32,815 nt of DNA, from positions 1 to 32,815 of IMG/VR virus record IMGVR_UViG_3300036940_000203. The stretch is one strand, 5' to 3'. The translations under genes and the position numbers were made by a program. Positions 19,098 to 26,949 of the stretch are shown in pieces (positions within the stretch are counted from its first letter, which is position 1; every line of letters starts with the position of its first letter). Under the pieces are notes generated by a model, which was not told where the DNA came from, made no database searches, and was given only the letters and a program-made list of their open reading frames with translations. Source of the stretch: a virus. Its lineage: Duplodnaviria > Caudoviricetes.

Positions 19098-19511
19098 CTA
19101 TTTACTAGTTATTATGTCAATAGCTGGAATATCACGCAGATTTAAAATATCATCTTCAGAAGGAATTACAATCGCTCTTACTCCAAATCGCATTTTATTT
19201 TCGCCATATAAGCTCTGTGCCAGTTTACCCATCTTCGTATCAAGAAATTTGATATTACATTTTACCATCCCATCTTCTGTTATATGCAAATTAGTACATT
19301 TGATACAAACATTTTTAGAATTGATAGTTAATGCATGATCTACATCATCCGATCTAAATGTATCGGAATATACTAATTCTCCATAATAAATTTTTTCAGG
19401 ATATTTTTCGATATAGCATTCAAATGGTTCTCGCGCATAGTTGTGTCGAGTGTATTCGTTCGGACCATCCACTTTACATACGATTTGATCAGTAATATCA
19501 AAAGTAGACAT
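19098..19511 (-). CDS. Degenerate T4 gp21-like prohead protease fold, probably inactive
   Basis: YGEL...INSKNVC...IKFLDTKMGKLAQSL......FGVRA parallels GELxHP...I....VS...LDTP.G.....L......SSRG, with His and Ser replaced. Confidence 0.55.
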   Translation of the reverse strand: MSTFDITDQIVCKVDGPNEYTRHNYAREPFECYIEKYPEKIYYGELVYSDTFRSDDVDHALTINSKNVCIKCTNLHITEDGMVKCNIKFLDTKMGKLAQSLYGENKMRFGVRAIVIPSEDDILNLRDIPAIDIITSK

Positions 19512-19532
19512 ATAGTTTCTCCTATTTTGTAT

Positions 19533-19691
19533 TTATGAATAGATTATATCTAATCCATCTAACGCATCTACATATTCGATCTCTAAAGTATCCGCATATA
19601 CTATTTGAAATTCTGCATATTTAGATAACCAATGAATTTCAACAGGCCGATCGTCATATGTACAATAATAATATTTAGCTTTATTATCCAT
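19533..19691 (-). CDS. Hypothetical 52-aa protein
   Basis: ATG at 19691 just after the DHH stop, with AAGGA upstream; the longer track ORF overlaps the DHH gene. Confidence 0.5.
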   Translation of the reverse strand: MDNKAKYYYCTYDDRPVEIHWLSKYAEFQIVYADTLEIEYVDALDGLDIIYS

Positions 19692-19692
19692 A

Positions 19693-20562
19693 TTAAAAAT
19701 CCTTAGCAAACTCGAGTTCAGATAGATGTTTAACAGAGTAGCCACCAGCCCCTCTATGACCACCTCCTCGATATCTTTCACACAATTTACCAACATGAAT
19801 ATTTTTCTTCGAATCAACTTCTCGAACAGACACTTTCCAATATCCTCTATTGTGCCGATAAAATCCAATAATCAAGTCATGCTTAATGGGATCAACTACG
19901 CTATCAAACATCATCGAATTAACCAATCCGACATTGGCAACGATAGCGATATATCCACAAAAAGTACTTTCAAACGCTCTCGATTTCATAAGGATTTTAT
20001 TATCTCTTATTTTTCTAGATAAGATCTTTCTGCCAATACGAATAGTCTTATCCGTAAAATTATCATCATCAAATAATTTATTCCATAGAACAAATGCTTG
20101 TTGATTGTTATTGACAGGAAATAGATCCATATCAGATAGACCTTCTTCAAATTCCATCACATCAGGCATATCCATAAATCTACCAGTATCATAACATCCA
20201 ATCAACTTAACTGATTTAGGAAATGGAACATCAGGATATACATACTGCCAAGTCAACTCCGTACCACACATACTTGAATCTCTAATACCTTCAATATCTT
20301 CTCCTATAATTTCATGAACCTTATTGATAGCTAATTCGTGATGATCAATCCATATCAATCTACAATTCTCTTTAAGCCACAACATATCTTCAGGTTCGAA
20401 TGTAAAATCAACTACATATACAGTTTCTCCTTGAGACAATCTATCTTTTCTCAATTCATAACCATAATTGACTGGAACTGGATAAACTGTTGGATCTGCA
20501 CGTTTAATAATAGCAGCAGCAGCTTTACCATCTGTATCGATATGAAAATATACTACAGACAT
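19693..20562 (-). CDS. DHH/DHHA1 family phosphoesterase (nanoRNase-like)
   Basis: HIDTDG, VVDF, WIDHH, SVR, GGGHRGAGG. Confidence 0.9.
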   Translation of the reverse strand: MSVVYFHIDTDGKAAAAIIKRADPTVYPVPVNYGYELRKDRLSQGETVYVVDFTFEPEDMLWLKENCRLIWIDHHELAINKVHEIIGEDIEGIRDSSMCGTELTWQYVYPDVPFPKSVKLIGCYDTGRFMDMPDVMEFEEGLSDMDLFPVNNNQQAFVLWNKLFDDDNFTDKTIRIGRKILSRKIRDNKILMKSRAFESTFCGYIAIVANVGLVNSMMFDSVVDPIKHDLIIGFYRHNRGYWKVSVREVDSKKNIHVGKLCERYRGGGHRGAGGYSVKHLSELEFAKDF

Positions 20563-20621
20563 AAGTCTTCTCCTTTATAGTAAAAGATTATCTTATCAAA
20601 TGGATGGCATATATACATTTT

Positions 20622-20633
20622 AATAATATATAT
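20622..20633 (-). promoter_or_regulatory. Putative early promoter motif ATATATATTATT
   Basis: Exact copy about 60 nt upstream of the DHH start, at the head of a long minus-strand gene run. Confidence 0.55.
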
Positions 20634-20740
20634 TTATCTTAGAAATCAAAAAAAATAATAAATATCTATATATATTTGAATAGCTTTTATCGACAATGAT
20701 ATAAGAATAAATTATTAATTTTTAATAAGAGGAATTTAGT

Positions 20741-21097
20741 ATGGAAAAGAAAAAATTTTTATATGTATTATCTTGTAGTAGTGATAATGTAAGTAGAGCA
20801 ACTCGATGTTTTCAGTTTGCTCGAGTATCTCAGGAACACGGACACGATACTCATATATTTTTAGTTGACGATGCAGTAAGTATTTGTAATCCAGAGTTGG
20901 TATCTAGAATCCACGCACCGACTGGAGATTCTCTAGAAGATCATCTGTCCGCATATATGCTTGGAGGTGGAAAAGTATGGGTATGTACTCCGTGTGCCAA
21001 AAATAGGAATATTACAAATATCCCTGACGGATTCGAATTGAGTACAGCTCATAAGTATTTAGAATTGGCAGCTGAACGTGAAGTTATTTCTTTCTAA
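20741..21097 (+). CDS. DsrE/DsrF-family sulfur-relay or redox protein
   Basis: 118 aa; FQFA....GHDTHIFLVDDAV, GD.L..HL, VWVCTPCAKNRNI, C-terminal VISF; GAGG RBS. Confidence 0.8.
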   Translation: MEKKKFLYVLSCSSDNVSRATRCFQFARVSQEHGHDTHIFLVDDAVSICNPELVSRIHAPTGDSLEDHLSAYMLGGGKVWVCTPCAKNRNITNIPDGFELSTAHKYLELAAEREVISF

Positions 21098-21128
21098 CTA
21101 TATACATAAATAGGTCATATAAATTATT

Positions 21129-22166
21129 ATGGAATCCATATTGCCCATCAGATTCCAATATGTTCTTCATATGGTAGGATGTTTATTTATACTATTTCAG
21201 TTTTTACATATAGGGTTAAAACCTAGATATATTCAAAAAACGATATATGGAATGTATTGGTGGATTGTATCATACCTTGGACTATATAGTGGATATATGT
21301 TTGTAACTTATTATAGTGGAAATGCGCAGATAGCTAAATTCGGATATTACTATTTAGTATTTTTATCAGGATTATCTATATCACTATCTATATTTACTGT
21401 AGGTAAAATCGTTAAACAAAAAATATATAAATTAGTATTATTAGATTTCTGGATATTGATAATTTTATTAACTGGATTATCACTGATACAGCTAGATCAA
21501 TCGATTGGACTATTAGGAAAATCATACAATCCACTTACTTGGTGGATACCTATGTTTTGTAAACATACCTCATTGATTTTGTATTTGACAATTTGGTGGT
21601 TCATAAATTGGGAATTGGATAATGGATATATTTGTTGTAATGTAAAGAAATCTACATCTGCTCCCATAGTAGTAGTTTGGATGTACATGTTGTGTTTAAT
21701 TATCCCTATATTTCAAGTACCTTTATCTATATTTAGATTAGGACTTACTACTATCGATAATTATAGTGCGCCGACTACTATAACACCTATATTGAATTTT
21801 CTATGGTCACCAATGTTTTCAGTATTATTAATTTGGGTAATCTTAAGATTCTTTATGAAATATAACAACTATGTCATAATGAATCGAAATAGATTTCACT
21901 ATACAACAGATATAAATCTATATTGGATATTCATTTTCTATTTCATAGGAGCTATATCGACTATACTAATAAATTATGTAGGAAGTTCTATTGGTTGGAA
22001 TTCTCAATTTTGTATGATAGTTTGTATTATCGTATTTACTATCACTCATATGCTTGAACGAACTATTGGGGTAAGTAATTCCAAACATATACGATCTACT
22101 TCTTATGGGTGGATATTAGGTTGTGGTATATTTACCACTTACACTACATTAGCATATCTGGTATAA
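21129..22166 (+). CDS. Polytopic membrane protein (~10 TM helices), function unknown
   Basis: 345 aa with repeated ~20-aa hydrophobic/aromatic segments and no large soluble domain; starts 31 nt after the DsrE-like gene. Confidence 0.7.
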   Translation: MESILPIRFQYVLHMVGCLFILFQFLHIGLKPRYIQKTIYGMYWWIVSYLGLYSGYMFVTYYSGNAQIAKFGYYYLVFLSGLSISLSIFTVGKIVKQKIYKLVLLDFWILIILLTGLSLIQLDQSIGLLGKSYNPLTWWIPMFCKHTSLILYLTIWWFINWELDNGYICCNVKKSTSAPIVVVWMYMLCLIIPIFQVPLSIFRLGLTTIDNYSAPTTITPILNFLWSPMFSVLLIWVILRFFMKYNNYVIMNRNRFHYTTDINLYWIFIFYFIGAISTILINYVGSSIGWNSQFCMIVCIIVFTITHMLERTIGVSNSKHIRSTSYGWILGCGIFTTYTTLAYLV

Positions 22167-22173
22167 AAAATAT

Positions 22174-22214
22174 ATAGAGTAGAGTCTCTCCAGTATGGAG
22201 AGACTCTACTCTAT
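22174..22214. terminator. Perfect 19-bp-stem hairpin between convergent genes
   Basis: atagagtagagtctctcca-gta-tggagagactctactctat. Confidence 0.75.
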
Positions 22215-22221
22215 CTCAAAA

Positions 22222-22410
22222 TTACTTCCTATTTACTCTTCTGGCTTTACGAGCCAATTTATTCTTCTGTCTTCGAATTAAAGTAGCTTTATCTTTTGGA
22301 GGTTTAGTTTGACGAGGTCTTGAATCGAGTTTATGATAACTTCCTCGGCGCAATTCCAAAAATCTTTTAAAATCATCTCCTACATCTTCTACTTTTTCTG
22401 TATCTACCAT
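22222..22410 (-). CDS. Small protein with a highly basic C-terminus
   Basis: RRQKNKLARKARRVNRK tail; GGGGGA RBS. Confidence 0.6.
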   Translation of the reverse strand: MVDTEKVEDVGDDFKRFLELRRGSYHKLDSRPRQTKPPKDKATLIRRQKNKLARKARRVNRK

Positions 22411-22429
22411 TACAAATAATCCCCCAGAG

Positions 22430-22921
22430 TTATATATTTAACAATACAGCTTTAACACCTTTCTTAACCCCAAACTGTTTAGCTTGACGCAAATTCCACA
22501 TAAATACATCAATACGATCTGTCCATCGTTCATTCATTACATCAGTAATAGTAAATATACCTAACTGATCGACATATATCTTCTTACCATAAGTCCATCC
22601 CGCCCAAAATAGATCTCTACTTACAGCTACGCCACCTTCACGTACACGTACTCCACTTGCAGTAATGTAAGGATCATCATCGCATTCTATTTTTCTTGGA
22701 GTATATGCACTCACTATTACAGTCCGTTGAGTGTAGGTAACTAATAAATATCTTACTAAATCGTAACATTGTTCACTTGATCGTTTATACCCATCTCGTT
22801 CAATATGAACTATTTCTAACTCCTGTTGTAATTTAGAATTATCATCAACTACCTCAACAAGACGCCCTACCAAAATACCACAAAATATACTAAGTACTAT
22901 AATTACATATTTCATTATCAA
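22430..22921 (-). CDS. 3D-domain (MltA/RlpA-like) cell-wall hydrolase with an N-terminal membrane anchor
   Basis: VSAYTP...ITASG...VAVSRD...G.F.ITD...RIDVFM...AKQFG. Confidence 0.82.
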   Translation of the reverse strand: MIMKYVIIVLSIFCGILVGRLVEVVDDNSKLQQELEIVHIERDGYKRSSEQCYDLVRYLLVTYTQRTVIVSAYTPRKIECDDDPYITASGVRVREGGVAVSRDLFWAGWTYGKKIYVDQLGIFTITDVMNERWTDRIDVFMWNLRQAKQFGVKKGVKAVLLNI

Positions 22922-22944
22922 GTATTCCTTATCATATAAAGCTT

Positions 22945-23478
22945 TTATTGTATAGTCATGATAGTAGGTTCAATAAACTCAACTTGGGATGGTAAGTATG
23001 TAACTTCGTAATCAGCAGTATCAATATATTCAGTATATGCTACATCGCCGAAATGTTTAAATATAAAGATATCAATAGCTTGAATAAAAGAATCGAGGGG
23101 AGTATGATCATCTCTAAGTGAAATTCTACAAGTCAATTGTGAATCAGAAATATCTTTATTAGTAAAAAGATGTACAGTCCCTAGTTGTCCATTGAAAATA
23201 GCTAAATGGAATTCACTTAAGTTCTCTGAAGCATCCATAGAGATATGAAATATTTGATCCTCTACAGATATAGAAAAAGTAGCTTGCAGTCTATTTAACC
23301 CAAACTCTTTACATAACGAGGTAGCTTGTAATCTATTTAACCCAAACCTTTTACATAACAATGTTTTAAGGGTTTTGTATCGGGAATATAGAACTATATC
23401 AACTACACTTATTTTGTTGTCAGATTCTTTATTGGCACAAATAGCCATAGGTTGTTTGTGTCGTAATTTAGGTTTCAT
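22945..23478 (-). CDS. Hypothetical protein with an in-frame 14-aa tandem duplication
   Basis: LCKRFGLNRLQATS / LCKEFGLNRLQATF; AGGAG RBS. Confidence 0.6.
   Translation of the reverse strand: MKPKLRHKQPMAICANKESDNKISVVDIVLYSRYKTLKTLLCKRFGLNRLQATSLCKEFGLNRLQATFSISVEDQIFHISMDASENLSEFHLAIFNGQLGTVHLFTNKDISDSQLTCRISLRDDHTPLDSFIQAIDIFIFKHFGDVAYTEYIDTADYEVTYLPSQVEFIEPTIMTIQ
23279..23359. repeat. 42-bp tandem duplication, two imperfect copies
   Basis: gtagcttgcagtctatttaacccaaactctttacataac at 23279 and gtagcttgtaatctatttaacccaaaccttttacataac at 23321. Confidence 0.9.
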
Positions 23479-23505
23479 ATATCAATTCTCCTAATCAATT
23501 AATAG

Positions 23506-23757
23506 CTACCAAAGATCCTCTGAATATAAGTTAGGTGGCCAATTAAGTTTATCGATTTGTCCGCATTCTATCACATGCTGTGCACCTACCTTCCTATCAA
23601 CAAACTCACCTTTATCAGTAACAAAACCCTGTACACTACCTATCATAATTTCAGGATTACGTTCAGTTATCTGATGTATGATATGATGATGTCTGTTAGG
23701 TTTTTGAGATGAATATATCGTACCATCTTTTGTTTTTACTGCTACACCCGTAATCAT
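23506..23757 (-). CDS. Conserved hypothetical phage protein
   Basis: PNRHHHII...QGFVTDKGEFVDR...LYSEDLW pattern, recalled from small phage proteins; GGAG RBS. Confidence 0.7.
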   Translation of the reverse strand: MITGVAVKTKDGTIYSSQKPNRHHHIIHQITERNPEIMIGSVQGFVTDKGEFVDRKVGAQHVIECGQIDKLNWPPNLYSEDLW

Positions 23758-23778
23758 ATCTATCTCTCCATACGTATA

Positions 23779-23979
23779 TCAATTTTCCATATCTAATAAT
23801 GTAGTATCGATTCGTATATCTTTATTGAGTACTCGATATTCTACATATATAGAGTTTTTACAATAGTTACAAGTTTCTACAAAATACCCTTTACCTACAC
23901 TACCCAATTGGGATATCTTTACGTTACGAATTGGATAAAAATTACTACATACAGGACAAGTCTTTTCTGCAATCAGCAT
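23779..23979 (-). CDS. Zn-ribbon protein (paralog B)
   Basis: EKTCPVC...CNYCK; GAGG RBS. Confidence 0.7.
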   Translation of the reverse strand: MLIAEKTCPVCSNFYPIRNVKISQLGSVGKGYFVETCNYCKNSIYVEYRVLNKDIRIDTTLLDMEN

Positions 23980-24076
23980 AAATACTATACCTCAAAACTT
24001 TTACTTTAGATAGTTAAAGAAGTGTATAATATTTATGTGATAAATTAATCAAAAAAGATAAAAATATTTGACCCAA

Positions 24077-24274
24077 TTATATCGATCCAACTTGTGTTGA
24101 AATTTTTACTTCACCATTAGGCAGCAAACTATAATCAACTCGAATATCACACTTACAATACTTACATTGAATATCGCAATATCCCAATTTGTATTCTTTC
24201 AATTGCGACATATAAATTTCTGGAATTGGATAATAATTACCACATATAGGACAAGTCTTTTCTACATAAGCCAT
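24077..24274 (-). CDS. Zn-ribbon protein (paralog A)
   Basis: EKTCPIC...CKYCK; ATG at 24274 with AGGAG RBS. Confidence 0.7.
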   Translation of the reverse strand: MAYVEKTCPICGNYYPIPEIYMSQLKEYKLGYCDIQCKYCKCDIRVDYSLLPNGEVKISTQVGSI

Positions 24275-24293
24275 AATTATTCTCCTATAAAAA

Positions 24294-24329
24294 GATATAG
24301 AGGATGCGACTAATCGCATCCTCTATATC
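24294..24329 (-). terminator. Perfect 16-bp-stem hairpin downstream of the tRNA pair
   Basis: gatatagaggatgcga-ctaa-tcgcatcctctatatc. Confidence 0.7.
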
Positions 24330-24340
24330 CTATATATTTT

Positions 24341-24427
24341 TGGTGCTAGTGAAGGGAGTCGAACCCATACAAGCCAAAGCTCGAGAGATTTTAAATCTCT
24401 TGCGTCTACCAGTTCCGCCACACTAGC
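24341..24427 (-). tRNA. tRNA-Leu (anticodon TAA)
   Basis: GCTAGTG acceptor, D arm GGCGGAACTGGTAGACGC, anticodon arm AGAGA-TTTAAAA-TCTCT, long variable arm, GGTTCGACTCC, encoded CCA. Confidence 0.95.
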
Positions 24428-24430
24428 ATA

Positions 24431-24508
24431 TGGTGCGAGCATCTCGATTCGAACGAGAATAAGTCCGGTTATGAGCCGGAGGCTCTGCGCCAATTGAGCT
24501 ATACTCGC
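24431..24508 (-). tRNA. tRNA with CAT anticodon (elongator Met or Ile2)
   Basis: GCGAGTA/TGCTCGC acceptor (G1-C72 paired, so not initiator-like), TCCGG-CTCATAA-CCGGA, GTTCGAATC, encoded CCA. Confidence 0.9.
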
Positions 24509-24550
24509 AAGTACTATCATTAACACATAATATACCTAAACTATATATTT

Positions 24551-24901
24551 TTATATTACAGCAATACTCAACTTACCTTTACAGTATGTAGAATATTGCG
24601 ATCTAAACACAAACATAACTGTACTAGAAGTACCTAAATACATAGTCAATTCAGAAGCCTTCCATTTGATGTTATAGTTATACAACACTTCAATTAAGAG
24701 TTGGCGTAAATCTTTGATCTTCTGATTATCGCCATCTTCTATAAGTATACAAATATGTTCATATCCCATATCGTATACATAAACAACTTCATTGCATCGA
24801 TCATAATCGGATCTTTGATTGCATAATCCAACCAAATCCAATTGGTTATCTGCATCAGATTCATATTTTGCACATTCTGGATTAGAAATAAAGATATCCA
24901 T
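24551..24901 (-). CDS. Hypothetical protein
   Basis: 116-aa ORF filling the gap between phuZ and the tRNAs; AGGA upstream. Confidence 0.55.
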   Translation of the reverse strand: MDIFISNPECAKYESDADNQLDLVGLCNQRSDYDRCNEVVYVYDMGYEHICILIEDGDNQKIKDLRQLLIEVLYNYNIKWKASELTMYLGTSSTVMFVFRSQYSTYCKGKLSIAVI

Positions 24902-24938
24902 AATAAAATCCTATAACCTCATAACGGTATGAAATATA

Positions 24939-24987
24939 ATGATACTACTAATTACAAGTTGTATAAGCTTATAGTTAGTAGTATCAT
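24939..24987 (-). terminator. Long imperfect hairpin downstream of phuZ
   Basis: atgatactactaa...ttagtagtatcat, 13-bp perfect outer stem. Confidence 0.55.
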
Positions 24988-24995
24988 ATTTACAT

Positions 24996-26057
24996 TTAGA
25001 TTACCAATCCACTATTGTGATTTGTCCCTACGCTTTTTGTTTGAATACCTAGCGGTGCACATGTAGCAGCTTGAGATTGATACTTACTCAACTTACTGTT
25101 GATAAGACCAACGAATTTAGTCGAGATAGGAAACCCTACTAAACCAACTACCGTATTATCACCAATCTGATTATCGATTCCGTGATACAGAATACGACTA
25201 TCCATAGATACTGATTGATCTGGAGTTTGAGATACATATGCCACACTATCATAGATGTGATCTTTTGGCATATCTAAAACTTCTCCCGACTCTTCCGAAT
25301 AATCACCAGCCTTACCTTGAGCCATATGGATACCATATACTCCTGCTGGAGTTCCGATAGCTTTATCGGGTCTCAACCAATTGATCTTATCTGACTTATC
25401 CAATTCAAATACTGAAGAAGTAAGAAAGTCTGTAAGGAGTTTGAGTCTATGCCCAATGACGATATCGACTTTGCTGCGCGTACGTGAATTGTCAAATACC
25501 ATTACTGGCAAATAGATTCCGCTATTACAAATACTTTCAAGAGACATAAACGTCTTGGAAGTATTTTCTGTATCTAACTGAGAAGTCATTTCAGCTACAA
25601 CTATAGCAACTACAGCTTTATCTTGTCGATGGAGTTCATTAATCAACAAAGGACCAATAACTGAACCACTACCACCACTCAAACTAAAGATAACGATATT
25701 TATATCTTTAGCTTCTTCTTCTTCAAACGCTTCTGAAGAAATGTACTTATTGATGATATCAAGATTGGAAGCTCTTACTTTTCCTGAACCATTACCGTCG
25801 ATGATCTTAGTTTTGTATGGAGTATCCACCATATTTGATTTAGACGTATCGACGATTCGGATATCGACCTCATCCGATAAATCTGATCCAAATCTATTTA
25901 CCAGATTGGTACCACATCCGCCACATCCAAAGATTGCTACTGACGGATGTTCTGTTTCTAATATCATTTCAGTTTTGTCTGTTGTCACGGACTTTCCTCC
26001 TTTTTTGATTGTAGGGGTCTTTTTCATAGTAGCCGGATCGGGCGCATTCTTCATCAC
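24996..26057 (-). CDS. phuZ: PhuZ/TubZ phage tubulin
   Basis: IFGCGGCGTN, VDTS.SN, GSGKVR, tubulin signature SLSGGSGS, T7 loop ELDKSD; GGAGG RBS before GTG/ATG at 26057/26054. Confidence 0.92.
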   Translation of the reverse strand: MMKNAPDPATMKKTPTIKKGGKSVTTDKTEMILETEHPSVAIFGCGGCGTNLVNRFGSDLSDEVDIRIVDTSKSNMVDTPYKTKIIDGNGSGKVRASNLDIINKYISSEAFEEEEAKDINIVIFSLSGGSGSVIGPLLINELHRQDKAVVAIVVAEMTSQLDTENTSKTFMSLESICNSGIYLPVMVFDNSRTRSKVDIVIGHRLKLLTDFLTSSVFELDKSDKINWLRPDKAIGTPAGVYGIHMAQGKAGDYSEESGEVLDMPKDHIYDSVAYVSQTPDQSVSMDSRILYHGIDNQIGDNTVVGLVGFPISTKFVGLINSKLSKYQSQAATCAPLGIQTKSVGTNHNSGLVI

Positions 26058-26130
26058 TATTCCTCCATTAGGATATATGTAAAATCTTATAAAAATACTT
26101 CACATACTTTGATAGATATGCTATCCTGTA

Positions 26131-26142
26131 AATAATATATAT
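26131..26142 (-). promoter_or_regulatory. Putative early promoter motif ATATATATTATT
   Basis: Exact copy about 75 nt upstream of phuZ. Confidence 0.55.
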
Positions 26143-26167
26143 TTAATTTTTAGATCAAGATATAAAA

Positions 26168-26833
26168 TCATTTAGCGAAATCGAAATCATTATAAAGGAT
26201 ATCTTTAGTTACTGTATCGAATAATTCTAATGTTCCATAATTAGGATTATAATGTTTATCCCATCCAGCAAAATCATCAAGATCGTGTTCTGAACTATGG
26301 GAGATATCTTTATCATATCCAGGATAGGTTTTAATTCTATATAGTTTAGCATTATATTTTTGCATAATACCAACTTCGCCTTTAAATCTAATATCATCTA
26401 CAAGAATAGCCCCATTGTCCATATTTGATTTACTACAAAGATATTCAATATTTTGTTCAAATTTGATATCCCAATAATCTTCACCAAAATGTTTTCTACG
26501 AATCTCAGTTCCATGAATTTGTAGAAGTGCGCGGATAGTACACATTACATTTCGAGGATCTATCAATTTCGATACAATACCAAAAGTATGCCACCACTCT
26601 ACAGCTTCAGATGACATATTCGCCAATGAAACTAATTCATATTTCCGTTTAGGATCATATACCAGATCTTCAGGAATTCCATAATATGAGATGAGTTCTT
26701 CTCTAATATTGTTTCCTACAGCTACAATATAAACGGGAGAAGTCTCTCTATTCATAACCATCTTGATCTGTTTGGATACTGTAGTTTTTCCTACGCCTAT
26801 ATGTCCACCAAATCCGATAATCTTGCATGACAT
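26168..26833 (-). CDS. Deoxynucleoside monophosphate kinase
   Basis: IIGFGGHIGVGKTT, RALLQIHGTE..R...GEDYW, VDDIRF..E, HSSEHDLD. Confidence 0.85.
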   Translation of the reverse strand: MSCKIIGFGGHIGVGKTTVSKQIKMVMNRETSPVYIVAVGNNIREELISYYGIPEDLVYDPKRKYELVSLANMSSEAVEWWHTFGIVSKLIDPRNVMCTIRALLQIHGTEIRRKHFGEDYWDIKFEQNIEYLCSKSNMDNGAILVDDIRFKGEVGIMQKYNAKLYRIKTYPGYDKDISHSSEHDLDDFAGWDKHYNPNYGTLELFDTVTKDILYNDFDFAK

Positions 26834-26949
26834 AACAAAAAATACTCCTGAGTTATAGTAAATTATAAATATCTAGATATATCCTAGCTCTCTATCTTAT
26901 AGTACATCTTTGTTACAAAATAAAAAATTAAGGAGATGTGAGGTCACTT

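Noticed and set aside
19692-19868. 5' part of the 111-aa ORF 19533..19868
   Set aside because: It overlaps the conserved DHHA1 end of the DHH gene; the ATG at 19691 is more plausible.
24323-24526. 67-aa minus-strand ORF
   Set aside because: It overlaps two well-formed tRNA genes.
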